Assembly: GCF_048593235.1 (NCBI RefSeq)
Contig: NC_133620.1
Coordinates: 28,987,772-29,051,771 of the forward strand
DNA from: Sminthopsis crassicaudata
Taxonomy: Eukaryota
Length of the DNA stretch: 64,000 nucleotides
Reading direction: 5' to 3'
In this document: positions 62,026 through 64,000 of the stretch, piece by piece
Layout of the letters: the number at the start of each line of letters is the position of its first letter
Position numbering within the stretch: the stretch's first letter is position 1
Notes under the pieces: generated by a model
The model's database searches: none
Seen by the model: only the letters and a program-made list of their open reading frames with translations
Told to the model about the DNA's origin: nothing
Position numbers and translations under genes: made by a program

Positions 62026-63422
62026 TTCTCTCTTTTTTTTTCTCTCTTTTTAAAATTAAGTTTAAAATTATACATTTTTTTGACAGTATATATGCATGAG
62101 TAACTTTTTTATAACATTATCCCTTGTATTCATTTTTCCAGATTTTCCCCTCCCTCCCTTTACTCCCTTCCCTAGATGACAGGCAATCCCATACATTTTA
62201 CATATGTTACAGTATAACCTAGATACAATATATGTGTGTAAATCCCATTTTCTTGTTGCACGTTAAGTATTAGGTTCTGAAGGTATAAGTGACCTGGGTA
62301 GATAGACCAGTAGTGCTAACAATTTACATTCACTTCCCAGTGTTCCTTCTCTGGGTGTAGTTATTTCTGTCCATCATTGATCAGCTGGAAGTGAGTTGGA
62401 TCTTCTTTATGTTGAAGATTTCCACTTCCATCAGAATACATCTTCATACAGCATTGAAGTGTACAATGATCTTCTGGTTCTGCTCATTTCACTCAGCATC
62501 AGTTCATGTAAGTCTCTCCAAGCCTCTCTGTATTCCTCCTGCTGGTCATTTCTTACAGAGCAATAATATTCCATAACATTCATATACCATAATTTACCCA
62601 ACCATTCTCCAATTGATGGACATCCATTCACCTTCCAGTTTCTAGCCACTATGACAAGGGCTGCCACAAACATTTTGGCACATACAGGTCCCTTTCCCCT
62701 CTTTAGTATTTCTTTGGGATATAATCCCAATAGCAGCAATGCTGGATCAAAGGGTATGCACAGTTTGTAACTTTTTGGGCATAATTCCAAATTGCTCTCC
62801 AGAATGGCCGGATTCCTTCACAACTCCACCAACAATGCATTAGTGTCCCAGTTTTCCCACATCTCCTCCAACATTCATCATTATTTGTTCCTGTCATCTT
62901 AGCCAATCTGACAGGTGTGTAGTGATATCTCAGAGTTGTCTTAATTTGCATTGCTCTGATCAGTAGTGATTTGGAACACTTTCATATGAGTGGCTATAGT
63001 TTCGATTTCATTATCTGAGAATTGTCTGTTCATATCCTTTGACCATCTATCAATTGGAGAATGGTTTGACTTCTTATAAATTAGAGTCAGTTCTCTATAT
63101 ATTTTGGAAATGAGGCCTTTATCAGAACCTTTAACTGTAAAAATATTTTCCCAATTTGTTACTTCCCTTCTAATCTTGTTTGCATTAGTATTGTTTGTAC
63201 AGAAACTTTTTAGTTTGATGTAATCAAAATCTTCTATTTTGTGATCAATAATGATCTCTAGTTCTCCTCTGGTCATAAATTCCTCCTCCACAGGTCTGAG
63301 AGGTAGACTATCCTCTGTTCCTCTAATCTATATATGATCTCATTCTTTATGCCTAAATCATGGACCCATTTTGAGCTTATCTTGGTATATGGTGTTAAGT
63401 GTGGATCCATATCTAATTTCTG
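62026..63422 (-). mobile_element. 5'-truncated L1 of the same family as 19583-22243, with frameshifts and a 14-bp TSD
   Basis: Minus-strand ORF2 C-terminus ([31 protein letters not shown].., [22 protein letters not shown]) split over three frames. TSD AAGGCCTCATTTCT at 62012-62025 and 63423-63436. Confidence 0.93.
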
Positions 63423-64000
63423 AAGGCCTCATTTCTCAAACACATAAGGAACTGAGTCAGAGTTATAAAAAATAAGAGCCATTCCCCAATTAATAAATTA
63501 TTAAAGGATATGAACAACCAATTTTCAGAAGAGATCAAAATTGTAGTCATGTGGAAAAAAATGCTCTAAATTGAAGAAAGGCAAATTAAAACAGTTCTGA
63601 GATGCCAGCTCACTCTTATCACCAGAAATGACATACCTTTTGATTCAGCCATACCCACTACCACTGTATCCCAAAGGAGAGCAAAGAAAAAAGAAGGACC
63701 TATAATGTATAAAAATATTTATAGCATCTCTTTTTTGTGGTAGAAAAGGATTGAATATCAAGAATTGATTCTCTTTTGGGGAATGGCTGAACATAGCATG
63801 TAATGGTGATGGAATAGTCTAAGAAATGGCAAGGGGGGAGAGTGATTTCATAAAAACCTGTCAAGATCCATATCAACTAATGCAATGTGAAGAAACTATA
63901 CACAGTAACAGCAGTGCTGAAATGATGACCAAATGTTTGAAAGTCTTGGTTTCTCTGCTCAATACAGTGATCCAAGACAATTTCAAAAGAATCATGATAA

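Larger units (their letters stand above)
60140..64000 (+). mobile_element. Old degenerate L1 (ORF1 remnants, ORF2 endonuclease start, then C-terminus), interrupted by a younger L1
   Basis: MNVNGMSQ..WINKLNPMICCVQETHLK (L1 EN domain) at about 61697-61800, ORF1-like A-rich remnants at 60230-61200, and KGLIS..KEL-type C-terminal sequence on both sides of the nested insertion. Confidence 0.75.

Overview
Vertebrate genomic DNA, very GC-rich, with marsupial-type CORE-SINE and L1 repeats (a dasyurid-like marsupial is my inference from repeat content). Gene content matches human 1p34.1 in reverse orientation: TOE1 (-, 3'-truncated by the window), MUTYH (+, head-to-head with TOE1), intronless HPDL (-), UROD (-), HECTD3 (+, 21 exons) and a CpG-island promoter/non-coding first exon that by synteny should be EIF2B3. 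The highlight sits between HPDL and UROD, where human has ZSWIM5 (no trace seen here). It is a complete 4-coding-exon selenoprotein P paralog (SELENOP2/SelPb) that the ORF track misses because its redox codon is an in-frame TGA (ASUHFC, UxxC). It has a signal peptide, a canonical 3'UTR SECIS, a polyA signal and candidate recoding hairpins. Other notable points: precise fusion of UROD exons 5+6 (intron absent), a (CAG)5 tandem splice acceptor in UROD, three GC-rich intronic VNTRs, a young L1 with a perfect TSD that supplies an in-frame ATG, and an L1 nested in an older L1. Exon coordinates were derived by hand from splice signals, phase continuity and remembered human protein sequences; no database search was run.
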